Assembly (NCBI GenBank): GCA_964016885.1
Contig: OZ024740.1
Span: forward strand, 312,108,001-312,172,000
DNA: 64,000 bases
Source of the DNA: Eledone cirrhosa
Lineage: Eukaryota
Reading direction: 5' to 3'
The translations under genes and the position numbers were made by a program. A model generated the notes under the pieces. That model saw only the letters and a list, made by a program, of their open reading frames with translations, was not told where the DNA came from and ran no database searches. This document shows positions 41,795 to 54,112 of the stretch, in pieces. Position 1 is the first letter of the stretch; each line of letters begins with the position of its first letter.

Positions 41795-42917
41795 CTATAT
41801 ATCTAAAACAGAGAATGTCTGTCTGTCTGTCTGACTCCCTAAATCTCGAGAACCACCCAACCGGTTCTTTTCAAACTTTATACATGTAATACTTATGGCC
41901 ATGTGAGTGTATTGAGCAAAAAAAAAGTTCAAATTTTCAATGCCCTAGGGACCGCATTAGGCGATTTAGCGATCTCTCTCTATAATTCTTAGCCTTTCTT
42001 TTTAGATAGATACATAGATATAACGTTGCGCCCTTATAATATCTGTCTGTATGTCTGCTGTCTGCATTACGACATTATGACGCTCTATGTGTATATATAG
42101 TGTGTGTATATATAGTGTGTGTATATATATATATACTGTATATATAGTGTGTAACGTTTTTCGAAATATTTACTTCTGCGTTGACAGATTGATTTTTTTA
42201 GTTTCAGAAGATCCCGTTAAGGGTGAAAGCAGTAAATTCTTTGCTTAAACTTTAATCTGTTATTTTAATATATATATATATATATTAGAAGTCATTGGAA
42301 ACCGTGGAGTGGGGAGACCCAAGAAGACCTGGGATGAGGTAATAAAAGCCGACCTTACCCAATTACACCTCTCAAAGGCACACCGTGACCTCTGGCGTCA
42401 CGCAGTAATACAGAGTACTCGACCTCCCATGGGTACAAGCTGAAGCATATAGACCATATGCCCCCACACCCTCCCACTGCAAAGTGGTCGTGGAGGTGCC
42501 ACGGCAAAAAAAGCACCCAGCCCACACTGTAAAGTGGACGTGTAGGCGCCACGGAAAAAAGCACCCAGCACTCACTGTAAATGAGGTTGGTGTTAGGAAG
42601 GGCATCCAGCTGTAAAAATCAAGCCAAAATCAGTTCCTGTATGAGCAAGGCATGGTCAGCCGACCAGACACTGCCCACAACAGGACAACCCGTCTAACCC
42701 ATGCTAGCATGGAAGAACGGACGTAAAATGGTGATGATGATGATGATGATGATGATATATCTATATAATTATATATTCGTGTACAGATATTTTTGCATAC
42801 ACAATAACAAAATATAAACAAACGTATTTATTTCACGAGGCTCGATAAGGATAAATATATATCAAATATATAAGAACCCTAGAGCAAATCCCGAGCAATG
42901 CCGGGCCATTCTGCTAG
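41795..42917 (+). mobile_element. Non-autonomous Helitron (with RTE 3' fragment inserted)
   Basis: 5' ...tatatatctaaaacagagaatgtctgtctgtctg; 3' GC hairpin cccgagcaatgccggg then CTAG|T at 42914-42918; 5' boundary approximate. Confidence 0.7.
42286..42755 (+). mobile_element. RTE 3' fragment nested in the Helitron
   Basis: Matches 8460-8915; (GAT)n tail. Confidence 0.9.
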
Positions 42918-43038
42918 TATATTATATAACTGGTTTTATACAAACTATTACTAGAGAGCAGTGAGAAGGGAATGGGATTTAAGATAATAAAAGAAGTGTT
43001 TTATAAACTGTCTTCACTAATACCAATCTCTGTTTTAA

Positions 43039-43238
43039 CCCTTTAACATTTACATTACTTCATATTTACTATTATATTTTCATGGTAAATTATTTCACAT
43101 AATACCGAATCTATGAGATTTTGATATTATTTATTTTGAGAACAATACCCCAATATAAGCATGAGCAGCTGTGGCCAGTTTGAACAGAAAGGGGTAAGAG
43201 AATTCTGGCCAGCTGTGGCCGGTTTAAATGCTAAAGGG
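43039..43238. mobile_element. piggyBac-family MITE (second copy)
   Basis: TTAA flanks, TIR ccctttaacattta...taaatgctaaaggg; reverse-complement homology to 12114-12321. Confidence 0.85.
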
Positions 43239-44022
43239 TTAAACCAATAGACTAAATAGGTTGTCTAACAATACAGTATAACATTGGATTCATAACCATA
43301 TGAATCCAGCTAATGATTAGTGAACATTCTTTCTTAAAAGTTATAGGAACTATAGTAACATTAAAGGAAAATATCATAAATCATAAAAACGACAATATTT
43401 TTTTTAATCATGAAAAAGCTGATATTTAAAAAAAAGACGGAAATAAAACTGTTAAGAAATTTTTTTTTTCAGTTAATTGTTTCCTCTTGAGAGTGTCTGG
43501 AAGAACCAGCACATATTTTAAAGCACTAGTATTTTAATAAACACAATGACCTCAATAATTATCACAGAAATTGTGACACAGTTGAAAGAACATTAAAACT
43601 CCTTATAATCATTTTAACATCTGTTTTCCGTTCAAGCTTGTGCCAGACAGAACAACTGCAATATAGGTTCTTTCTATGTTTTCTGATCCTGAGTCACACC
43701 AATATTTTAAAATTCAATCCAACCACTACTCCCTTACAATTTCTTTCAAGTGTACATCAACAATGGGTGCCTTCAGTTATAAACCTATCATTACACAGTA
43801 TGTGTTGTCTATTAGCATTGTGTGTTCAAATGAGCTGAATAATTTTTAAGCTTTTGATGCTACATTGCTATCCTAACTCACTTAGGTTCAACCTTTCTTA
43901 CATGTTAACATTGAATTTACAATCAACAAATACTTGTCTCAAAGAAGGTTATTTTATGAGTAAAATAAAATTTAAAAAAAAGATTTAAAAAATTAATTAA
44001 TATTGAAAAGTGTAATACTTAC

Positions 44023-44078
44023 AAAAGGACCTTTAGGTTCAATTTGTCTTTGTGCATAAAAACTTTTCGTAAAATTTT
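44023..44078 (-). CDS. GLB1: Beta-galactosidase exon equivalent to GLB1 exon 7, 56 nt
   Basis: ctttag|AA AAT...CCT TTT|gtaagt; KNFTKSFYAQRQIEPKGPF. Confidence 0.9.
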
Positions 44079-44359
44079 CTAAAGAGATAAAAATTTCAAG
44101 TTTTATTTATGAGCAAAAGTTTATAGTTGCAAAATTCTGAAATAATTGTTTTTATTACATTTACATTTTCCCATCAAAAAGAATTTAAATATATCCACAT
44201 CAAAAAGATATAGCGTTAAACATTTCACATTCCTTTCAAGTGAGTTTTTTTTTTACAGAACAACTGCTCTATAAAATTGTCTTGGCAGACTTTCCAATGA
44301 TTCTATCAACCCAATAATAATGGTTTCTTACATAGACACCACACATTTCTTGCAGAATC

Positions 44360-44765
44360 ATATCAATTCTAGTACTTGACTGGTATTTATTTTATTGACC
44401 TTTATACAATGAAAGGCAAAGTTGACATCATAATAATTGTTTCTACTTTTGGCACAAGGCCAGCAATTACCCATTGCAGTACTGGTACTTTATTTTATCG
44501 ACCCCGTAAGGATGAAAGGCAAAGTTAACCTCAACGGGATTTGAACTCAGATTGGCAAGGGTCATAACTATATGCGTCAAAGCATGGCGTCCGACCCTCT
44601 ACCGATACTGCCAATCCACCGAGTTCTAATTTAGACACAATGTCAATGATTTGTAGGGAAGGGGAAGTCGATTAAATCAACTCCAGTGCATTACTGGTGC
44701 TTTATTTTATAGACCCTCATAAGGACGAAAGGCAAAACTAACCGTGGCAAGATTGAATTCAGAAC
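44360..44765 (-). mobile_element. Cluster of three Meta-like tRNA SINE copies (one young copy at ~44432-44622)
   Basis: ctggtactttattttatcgacc...gaaaggcaaa motif occurs three times. Confidence 0.75.
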
Positions 44766-45019
44766 AGAATCAAATCAGTGTGTGCACACTATGTGGAAAA
44801 GCTGGACCTTTGACTTACAGGTACAATTCACCCAGCAAGTTTTCAAACAGTTTCTATCTACCAAGTTTCACTTATAGTCAATCTGAGACTATGGTAAAAA
44901 CACTTGTGTAAGAGGTCTCTGAGTGGGATCAAACATGGGACCTCATGATTGCAAAGCAAATTTCTTAACCTTTCAGCCATGCCATTCCTGCATCTACATT
45001 ATGACAAATTTTAATAGTC

Positions 45020-45484
45020 AAAGACATGATAGCCTCCTTAGTGTTTGATAACCTACATGATAAACCTACCCAGTACATGCTGTAAAATGTTTGGTGATCG
45101 GAAGAGCATCCAACCATAGAAAGCCTGCAAAACAAAGGGCTGGGAGGAACCCTCAGTCATGTCAAGGACATGACAACCTCCCTAGTGATGGTGATCTACA
45201 CAATATTAGCACCCAGTACATGCTGTAAAGTGGTTGGTGATAGGAAGGGCCTCCAGCCGTAGAAATGTTGCCGAAGAAAAAGGTTGGGAGGACCCTCAGT
45301 TGTGTCAAAGACATGACAACTCCTCCTGTGCACTTGATAGAAAGTGAGACCATACATAAGAAGACACAGATACCCGGCCTGTCTGGGAGATCAGTGACTC
45401 CACTTCAGTACTGACTTTGTCTATGTAGACCTGTCCAACCCTTGCTAGCAGGGAAAGCAGACATTAAAATGTTGATGATGATGA
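45020..45484 (+). mobile_element. Old RTE-type 3' UTR relic with internal tandem modules
   Basis: acccagtacatgctgtaaa...tggtgat.ggaag.gc.tcca repeated; ends (GAT)n. Confidence 0.6.
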
Positions 45485-45640
45485 ACTAAATGCAGCATAT
45501 GATAAAAAGAATTATATTTTAACCTGTATGAAAAAAAAAACATTATTGAACAAGATACGGTAAACTAGATAGAAATTTTAGCAATTCTCTTTTTGTTTTG
45601 TTTTGGTTTTTAGGTGTTTTACTAAATGTTCTAAACTTAC

Positions 45641-45824
45641 TTGTAATACCAAAGTCGCAAGTAGCATACATCCCTTCCAAAGAACCACATTTCATATATC
45701 TTATAGAATTTCCATCAGTTGTGAATAAAAAAGCTTTGTATTCAAATGCTTCATTAACTTTTCTCTCTAAATATCTCACATATTCGTGATCACAGGCAAA
45801 ATAGCTGCCATATTCATTTTCTAC
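45641..45824 (-). CDS. GLB1: Beta-galactosidase exon equivalent to GLB1 exon 6, 184 nt, contains acid/base Glu
   Basis: ttctag|GTA GAA AAT GAA...ACA A|gtaagt; VENEYGSYFACDHEYVRYL...LFTTDG...KCGSLEGMYATCDFGIT. Confidence 0.95.
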
Positions 45825-46205
45825 CTAGAAAAGAAGAAATAATTAAAGAATAAACAAGAATCAAAATACAAAAATGTTGTATTAACTGCCAAGATATTCA
45901 ATGTAAAGTGATATCAGATTTTATAAACATCACAGACACCATTGAATCTGTTTCTATATTCTGTCATGAATTGTTATTTATCATGTCTAATAGAAAAAAA
46001 AAAATGATATTTAAGATATTGATTTTTTTTCTTTTCAGTTTTAGATTATTTTACACATAACACATTTTAGAGTTAATTTTTACAATGTCAAGATAGAAGT
46101 ATATGATACATAAAGTGATACCAGTGCAATGATGATTTCTAACATTGACACAAGGCCATAAATATGTTGAAGAAAGATATAGTTAATTATATCAAATACA
46201 GTACA

Positions 46206-49200
46206 GTGTTTTAAAATCTTATTTATACCACTCTAAAATTCAAATTCTCCGTTTTCCTCTCTGATTATAAATTATTATTTACATGTTTTTAATACATCGG
46301 ACCCTTCCTAAAAACTAAACTTCTCCTAAAGTCATCCATAAAGTCGTCTGTGTTTTAAACTCCTATTTATATCAGCCTAGAAGTCAAATTCTCCTTCTAG
46401 TATTGTTATTAAATAATTATTCTAGAACCTTCCTGTGTCTCGCTCGCAAACTTTGAACTCCTATTTATATCAGCCTAGAAGTCAAATTCTCCTTCTAGTA
46501 TTGTTATTAAATAATTATTCTAGAACCTTCCTGTGTCTCGCTCGCAAACTTTGTAAACACTTTGCCCCCCCCCCCCCCCCCCCCATCGCAAGTATAAAAT
46601 AAATCTTGCTGGCTTCCAACGACAGAATTTATCTATCTAATCTATCTTAAGGGCGATCTGTCGATTTTGAGAATGTAAGTAAAACCTGTCTTTTCTTTAT
46701 TCCGTAGTCTCCTCAATTAAGCAGTGTTTTAAAATCTTATTTATACCACTCTAAAATTCAAATTCTCCGTTTTCCTCTCTGATTTTAAATTATTATTTAC
46801 ATGTTTTTAATATGTCGGACCCTTCCTAAAAACTAAACTTCTCCTAAAGTCACCCATTTCCCGCCCCCATTGCTATATGGTCCAATCATAACTCAGCAAC
46901 TTTAGTAAGTTCTCTAACAAATCAGTATAGCAAAGCTACCACCCCGGTTACTACTCCTTAAGTTTAGACCTGTTTGATGGGTTGACTGCGGAAATTTGAA
47001 AAGTCTAAGCACTCAGACAATGTCACAGATAAAGATAAATTCACCTCCCGCTGCAAGATGAGAATACAAGGACCCCTCTTTATTTCAGACACAGATGACC
47101 AACAAAATCCTGTCTCCCGCACCCCTCCCTGCCCCGCCAACCCATTCATCCCACCCTCCCAACTTCAGAGTTGGTACCATGAACGTAGGCACATTGAAAG
47201 GTCGCTCAAATGAGGTTGTAGAGATGCTTGAACGTAAAGAAGTTGATGTTTGTTGTATTCAAGAGACTAGGTGGAGAGGGGGTCTGCCAGATTTATCGTG
47301 GGTAAAAAACAATGCTATAAACTTTTCTGGGTGGGAAATGACAATGGACAGGGTGGTGTAGGAATTATGTTAGCTGAAAAATGGGTAGATAAGGTAATTG
47401 ACGTAAATAGAGTGAATGACAGAATAATTGAATTAAGACTAGTTTTAAATAGAACTACTGTGACAAATCTGCTTATGCACCCCAATCTGGTCTACCTGAT
47501 GTTATAAAGGACAGGTTCTATGAGATGCTAATGCATACTACCTCCCAAATAACCGACAGTGACTACTTAATTATTGCTGGCGATCTAAACGGTCACGTTG
47601 GACAACATAGTGATGGCTATGATGGAATCCATGGAGGCTATGGGGTTGGAAATAGAAATGAGGAGGGCTTCAGAATCCTGGAATTCTGTGACGCAAATAG
47701 CCTAACTATCTGTAACACAAACTTCAAAAAATGTGAAAACCACTTGATCTCCTATAGATCAGGGGAACACGCCAGCCAGATAGATTATATCCTTACTAGA
47801 AGACAGGACAACATGTCTGTTGTAAACACTAAATCCCTCCCCGTGAAGAATGCACCTCCCAACATAGCCTAGTAGTTAGTGACCTCATAGTCAGGAATAG
47901 ACGTACTCGACAACAAAGGAGGCCTACCTTCAGGAGAAGAATATGGAAGTTGAAGGACCCCATAGCCAGTGACAAATTTAAAAGCTTATTACTTGATGCC
48001 TTTGACAATAAGGAAGAGCAATTAGAGACATGCAATATAGAGGGACAGTGGCAATTCTTGAAAGTGAACCTGCTGAAAGCAACGGATGAAATCTGTGGCT
48101 GGAGCAGACCTATTGGCAGGAGGAGAGTAACTTGGTGGTGGAACAGTAAGGTGGAAGAGACAATCATGGCCAAAAAGCAGGCTTGGAAAGTATGGCAGGA
48201 TGGGGGAAGTAGAGAGCACTATCAAGTGGCCAGGAGAGAAGCTAGGAGACAAGTGTACCTTGCAAAAAGGGTAGCAGAGGATAGAAAGTTCAAGCATGTT
48301 ATACAATGTGAGGACCAAAAACGTGAGGTGTTCAGGATTGCTAGACAATGTGTCAAGGAAAACCGTGATATTGTCGGAGAGAAGTGTGTCCGTAATGATA
48401 ATGGTGTACTTGCGCTCACTGATACTGATAAGAATATAGCCTGGAAGTGTCACTACAAGAGACTATTAAATCAGGAGAATAAATGGGAAAAAGATAGTCT
48501 GCCCCAAATCGATCCAATAGAAGGACCAGCGGTGCAAGTTAAAGGTAGTATAATAAGTAAGGCAATCAAAGATATGAAGACAGGCAAGGCAGCTGGGCCT
48601 TCGGAGATAGTTGCTGAGATGTTGAAGGCATCTGGTGTGATCACCCGTATAGTTAACCAAGTAATACAGAATGGGGTCATACCGAAAGACTGGCGTAGCA
48701 TCATCATCATTAACTGCTTCAAGGGTAAAGGGGATGCTCTAGATAGGGGAAACTATAGAGGCATTAAGTTAGTTGACCAGGTCATGAAGGTCACAGAAAG
48801 AGTTATAGGGCAACTAATCAGAGAGCGAATTGATCTAGATGAAATGCAGTTTGGGTTTGTGTCAGGTAGAAGTACCACAGACGCTCTTTTCCTTGTATGA
48901 CAACTACAAGAGAAGTACCTAGCTAAAAGTAAACCCCTCTACTTAGCTTTTGACAGAGTCCCCCACTCCATTATCTGGTGGGTTCTTAGAAAACTAGGTG
49001 TAGATGAATGGCTTGTGAGAGCTATACAAGCTATGTATAATGAAACAGTCAGTAAGGTTAGAATTAACAATGAATATTGTGAAGGATTTAGTGTAAAAGT
49101 TGGTGTTCATCAAGGCTCTGTCCTTAGCCCCCTCTTATTTATTATTGCCCTTCAGGCTATAACAGAGGAGTTCAAAACCGGCTGCCCATGGGAACTCCTA

Positions 49201-50475
49201 TACGCAGATGATTTAATGCTCATAGCTGAATCAATAGCTGAACTAGAGAAGAAATTCGAAACATGGAAGCATGGCCTAGAATCAAAAGGCCTTAAAGTTA
49301 ACTTGTCTAAGACTAAAGTTCTAGTTTGTAGAAAGGAAAATAGGGCACAGGTGCTCTCAGGGAAATGGCCATGCTCAGTGTGTAGGAAAGGAGTAGGCAG
49401 AAATTCCATTTTATGTCCCAAATGCAAAGTATGGGTACATAAAAGATGTAGTGGGATCACAGGTAAACTATCTAAGAACGTAGACTTTATATGTGGCCGA
49501 TGCTCAGGTGCAATAAGTAGCAAGTGTCCAAAGGATACTAGCACCTTCTATTGCCCAGATGGTTCTATAGAAATAGTAGACACTTTCCGTTACCTGGGTG
49601 ACAAAATCAGCAGTGGTGGAGGGTGTTCTGAAAGTACAGTAGCTAGAGTCAGAACGGGATGGAAAAAGTTCAGAGAGCTTATACCGCTGTTGGCCACAAA
49701 AGGTTTCTCTCTAAAAATGAAAGGCAGATTGTATGATGCCTGTATACGAACATCAATGCTACATGGCAGTGAGACATGGGCATTGCGTGCAGAGGACCTG
49801 CATAGACTGGAAAGGAACAGAGCATGCATGCTCCGTTGGATGTGTAATAGTAATATACGTGAACGGCAAAGCATAAATGAACTAAGTGAGAAATTAGGAA
49901 TAAGAGGGATCAGATGCTGTTTACTTGAGAGAAGACTACGTTGGTATGGTCACGTGATGCGCATGAAAGACGACAGCTGCATAAAAAAGTGCAGGGCGAT
50001 CAAAATTGATGGTAGTTACGGAGTAGTTAGACCCAGAAAAACCTGGGATGATCTGATAAATTCCGACCTCACACACTTACATCTCTCTAAGACAATGTCA
50101 CTGGACCGAGATCTTTGGCGCTATGCAGTAATACAGAAGACCCGCTTTGCCTATGTACAAAGCGAAACCTACAGTCAGTAGGTACCTCTTAACCAAATAT
50201 ACACCCCAATCCACTACCCCTACCCTATCCTCCCACTCCCACCAACAGCACAAGAAAATGAGATCGAGATCGTGTAGGTAACACCGTAAAAAGTTCCCAG
50301 TTCCACACTGTAAATGTAGTTGGTGTTAGGAAGGGCATCCAGCCGTAGAAAACCTGCCAGATAGTCCTATATGAGCGATACACGGTCACCCGACCAGCCT
50401 TGCCTCAAGTGGGACAACTCCCGTATAACCCATGCTAGCATGGAAAATGTACGTTAAACGAAGATGATGATGATG
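46206..50475 (+). mobile_element. Full-length RTE LINE (~4.27 kb) with 8-bp TSD, few frameshifts/stops, repeat-containing 5' UTR
   Basis: TSD acagtaca at 46198-46205 and 50476-50483; APE (VGTMNVGTL, CIQETRW, GDLNGHVG, QIDYIL), RT, PHD-type finger, (GAT)n tail; the joined flanks form an older SINE. Confidence 0.95.
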
Positions 50476-50816
50476 ACAGTACATGGCTGGTACTTATACT
50501 TTAAACCAAGAAAAGATGAAAGACAAAATCAGTCCTGGCAGGACTTGAACTCAGGATGTAGAGGAAATAACCAAGACTGATGGCTATCTGCAGTATGAAG
50601 TAGCATAACACAATATCAAGTTAGCTACCAAGAGATAAAAAACTAAAGATTTCATCTGAATGCCTGCAACAGAACTGAATCCCTGAAAAACATCCAAGAT
50701 CTAGATGGTGGTGTTTAAACAAGGCATCAGATTATGTCTGCCACCTAAAAGGAAGCAACAGAATGATATATAAAGTTGCATGCTTAAAAAGATCTTATAT
50801 TCTTAAATAAACTTAC

Positions 50817-50911
50817 CTGAACCATAATAACAGGACCACCATTTAAATATAACATGGGTTTCAACATAGGGAGAAGTTTATCAAACCACTTGTCTACATG
50901 CTTGAGATATG
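50817..50911 (-). CDS. GLB1: Beta-galactosidase exon equivalent to GLB1 exon 5, 95 nt
   Basis: atttag|CA TAT...GTT CAG|gtaagt; [32 protein letters not shown]. Confidence 0.95.
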
Positions 50912-51023
50912 CTAAATAAAAAGAAAAACACACCTTATAAATCATCATCATCGTTTTACATATATATAAGTATTGAGTACTCTGGTGCGTTATGGTCCAT
51001 CTGGTTCCTTACCACAATTCCTT

Positions 51024-51069
<46 letters not shown>

Positions 51070-51269
51070 ATAATAATAAATTTGAGACTAAAATCCAAAG
51101 AGGGCTCGATAAGGATAAATATATATCAAATATATAAGAACCGTAGAGCAAACTTTAATGTTATTTTAATAAATATATACATATATATATATAAAATATT
51201 GACAGGATATCAGGGGAAAATAGGCAAGACTTGTTGAAGATTAAAGAAATATTTATTGATGCAGGAGAT

Positions 51270-51363
51270 TCACTAGCACGTGTTTCAGTACAGTTACGTA
51301 ATGGCCTGCAAAATCTAGATTGTTATGTAATCCACTATTACTGTGTGCACATCATCAGAGTAA
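51270..51363 (-). ncRNA. Hammerhead ribozyme candidate with long stem II and palindromic stem III (U16.1 mutated)
   Basis: Reverse complement ttact-CTGATGA-t-gtgca...tgtac-t-GAAA-cacgtg-ct-agtga. Confidence 0.55.
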
Positions 51364-51574
51364 CTGCTGAAAACTAAAGCTGGTGGATTAAAATATTTGT
51401 TTAAATAGAAAAAATATACATATACAAGTATATACCTATGCCACCTATGTATTCATGGTGAAGGGTATTAGACATTATATGTAAATTTGTACAAGACAGA
51501 TACATGTACATAAATAAATACATATATGCTAGTTGGGATACAAAAGAATGTAAAATAGGATAGTCCCCCAAATT

Positions 51575-54112
51575 ACCATCAGGACACTCAACTTTGTGAT
51601 ATCCTCAGAGCTGCTGCAAGGAAAACAGCCACTTGTGTTTTTATTGCAGGGGACTTCAATCACCTTGAGATTGATTGGGAAACCTTTCGTTGGCCACAAA
51701 GTGCAAATGATTTCCTTGAGCTAGTGCTGGACTCAAACTGGTCCCAAGTAGTCACTTCCCCAACAAGAGGTGACAACACTTTGGATCTACTCTTCACCAC
51801 TACTCCTGAAATGGTTATTAGTGTTACTATTGAGGAACCTTTAGGTGACTCTGATCAAACTATGATCATTGCCAATCTGTCCCTCATGGGCAGTAACAAA
51901 ACCCACAACCATTTCCAAACTGCTCACTTTGACTGGAACTGTTACTGCACCGAGCTGCAACATCCAAACTGGCTTGAGTTTTACGACTCTGGAGATTTCC
52001 ACACTGTACTCCAGAACATCCTGAACTCAATATGGACAGCATGTGCAGCATTGGTGCCATGTAAGCAGAAAAAACATCCCAAAAGTGCAATTTGGGAGAC
52101 TGCAGCAGTCCGTCTTGCCAGGAAAGAACGTTGTAATGCTGAACGTGAGTACAAACTGCATAAATCAGATATCAAGAGGAAAAAGCAAAATAAATCATCC
52201 AATCATCTCAAGCAGGTGACAAAAAAGGCAGTGCTTGAATTTGAGCAGCGCATAGTAACCAACCCTGACAGTAAGGTGTTCTGGAAGTATGTTCACTCAA
52301 AGCAAAGGCCTCACTCTCCAGTTGGTCCTCTTCGCAATCCCCACACAAGCCAGGTTACCGACAACCCCCAACGAATGTGCAGAACTCATTGCTGAATGCT
52401 ATGCAGGTATTTTCACTGTTGAAGACCAGAGTGTACCATCTCCACTACCTATGACACCGGACTCTATTACAACCATGGAATTTACACCTGCAATGCTGCG
52501 ACATCACCTTAAAAATAAATGCAACCATGCCTCTCCTGGTCTTGATGGTGTTACGTACCTGCTTCTCAAATGTGGTGGGTACTTCCTTCTGCACCAGCTA
52601 TTACGCTTCTTCCAATTCTGTCTGAACGATGGTGCTACTCCAGAACAGTGGAAAAACTGCCAGTGTCATTCCTCTATTCAAAAAGGGTGACCGCACATCA
52701 CCTGTGAACTATCGTCCAGTCAGTCTTATTAGCTGCATTGCCAAACTGATGGAATCCTGTGTCAGAGAAACACTTTAGAACTTCTGGAAATCTCACAGTC
52801 TTATCCGGCCCTTGCAATTTGGATTTATCTCTAACTCCAGCTGCTATGATCAACTTATCGAGTTTGTTGAAGACATCACCCAGATCACTGATGGCGGCTC
52901 AGGGGTGAATGTTGTTTACCTTGACTTTGCTAAAACTCTCAATTCTGCGCCACAAAAAAGACTTATGGGAAAACTCTCTGAAATGGGTGTGACGGATGAT
53001 CTTTTTAACTGGTTGAAGTCCTTCATTCTCAGTCGGAGAGAGGGAGTCACAGTTCTAGGACAGCATTCCTCACCATATGAGATGTCATCTGGTGTACCAC
53101 AGGGATCTGTTCTCGGCCCCCTTTTGTTTGTGGCATATATTAATGACATAGATGCCAACTTAAAAAATGCCACAGTACTGAAATATGCAGATGACATCAA
53201 GCTGTACCTTGAGATAAAAAGGACAGATCCTGAACACTATAGATCTTGCCTGCAATCTGACCTGGACACAATGCAACAATGGATCACAGACTGGCAACTC
53301 AAGCTGGCTGTGGACAAGTGTGCCACCATGTATTTTGGGAGTAAAAACCCAGTGTCCACATACTCCCTCCACAACACTAATATCAAGAAGTCTTCTTGTG
53401 AACGTGACCTGGGCATTACTGTCAGCAGCGATTTGCGTTGGACGAAGCACATCTCTAAAATTGTCAAGAAGGCCGAGGGTGTCTTAGTATCACTCAGCAA
53501 GACCTTTGTCAGCCACTCTCCAGCTATCTATTTAAAGTTGTGTATATAGGCTCTGGTGCGGCCACACTTAGAATTTGCCTGGAAACTGTTCAGAGAGGTG
53601 CAACCAAGCGAATACCCTCCATCAGGCATCTACCATACTCTGAACGCCTTGCTTCCCTGGGCATGGATACATTGAAGCTCCAACGTCTGGCAACTGATTT
53701 AGTAAACATCCACACAATTATTAACCATCTTGCCAACAACAACCCTGAGTACCTTTTTGATTTTCATACGTCTAACACATGTGGGCATGCCAACAAAGTC
53801 AGAAAACAGCACAGCTCCCATGACTTTCGGAAACATTTTTTCACGCTCAGAGTTGCTGAAGCATGGAAAAAACTACCTGCATCAGTTATTAGCTGTCAAG
53901 ACACTGCATCCTTTAAAACCTCCATGCTTCCTGAGATTCGCCAACACTACACCCAATATTCCCCCTCCATACACACGCACACGTATATCATGACTCATAC
54001 ACTATTCACTTCCCTGACATTTGTATATTATTGTATGTACTATACATGCACCTTTCATGAGTTGTAGTGCACCTGAGCACTGTACACAATAATTCCATTA
54101 TTATTATTATTA
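51575..54112 (+). mobile_element. 5'-truncated CR1-group LINE, frameshifted, (TTA)n tail
   Basis: IAGDFNH, PTRGDNTLDLLFT, FWKYV, SPGLDG, KKGD...NYRPVSL, YLDFAK, GVPQGSVLGPLLF, YADDIKL, FFTLRVAEAWKKLP. Confidence 0.92.
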
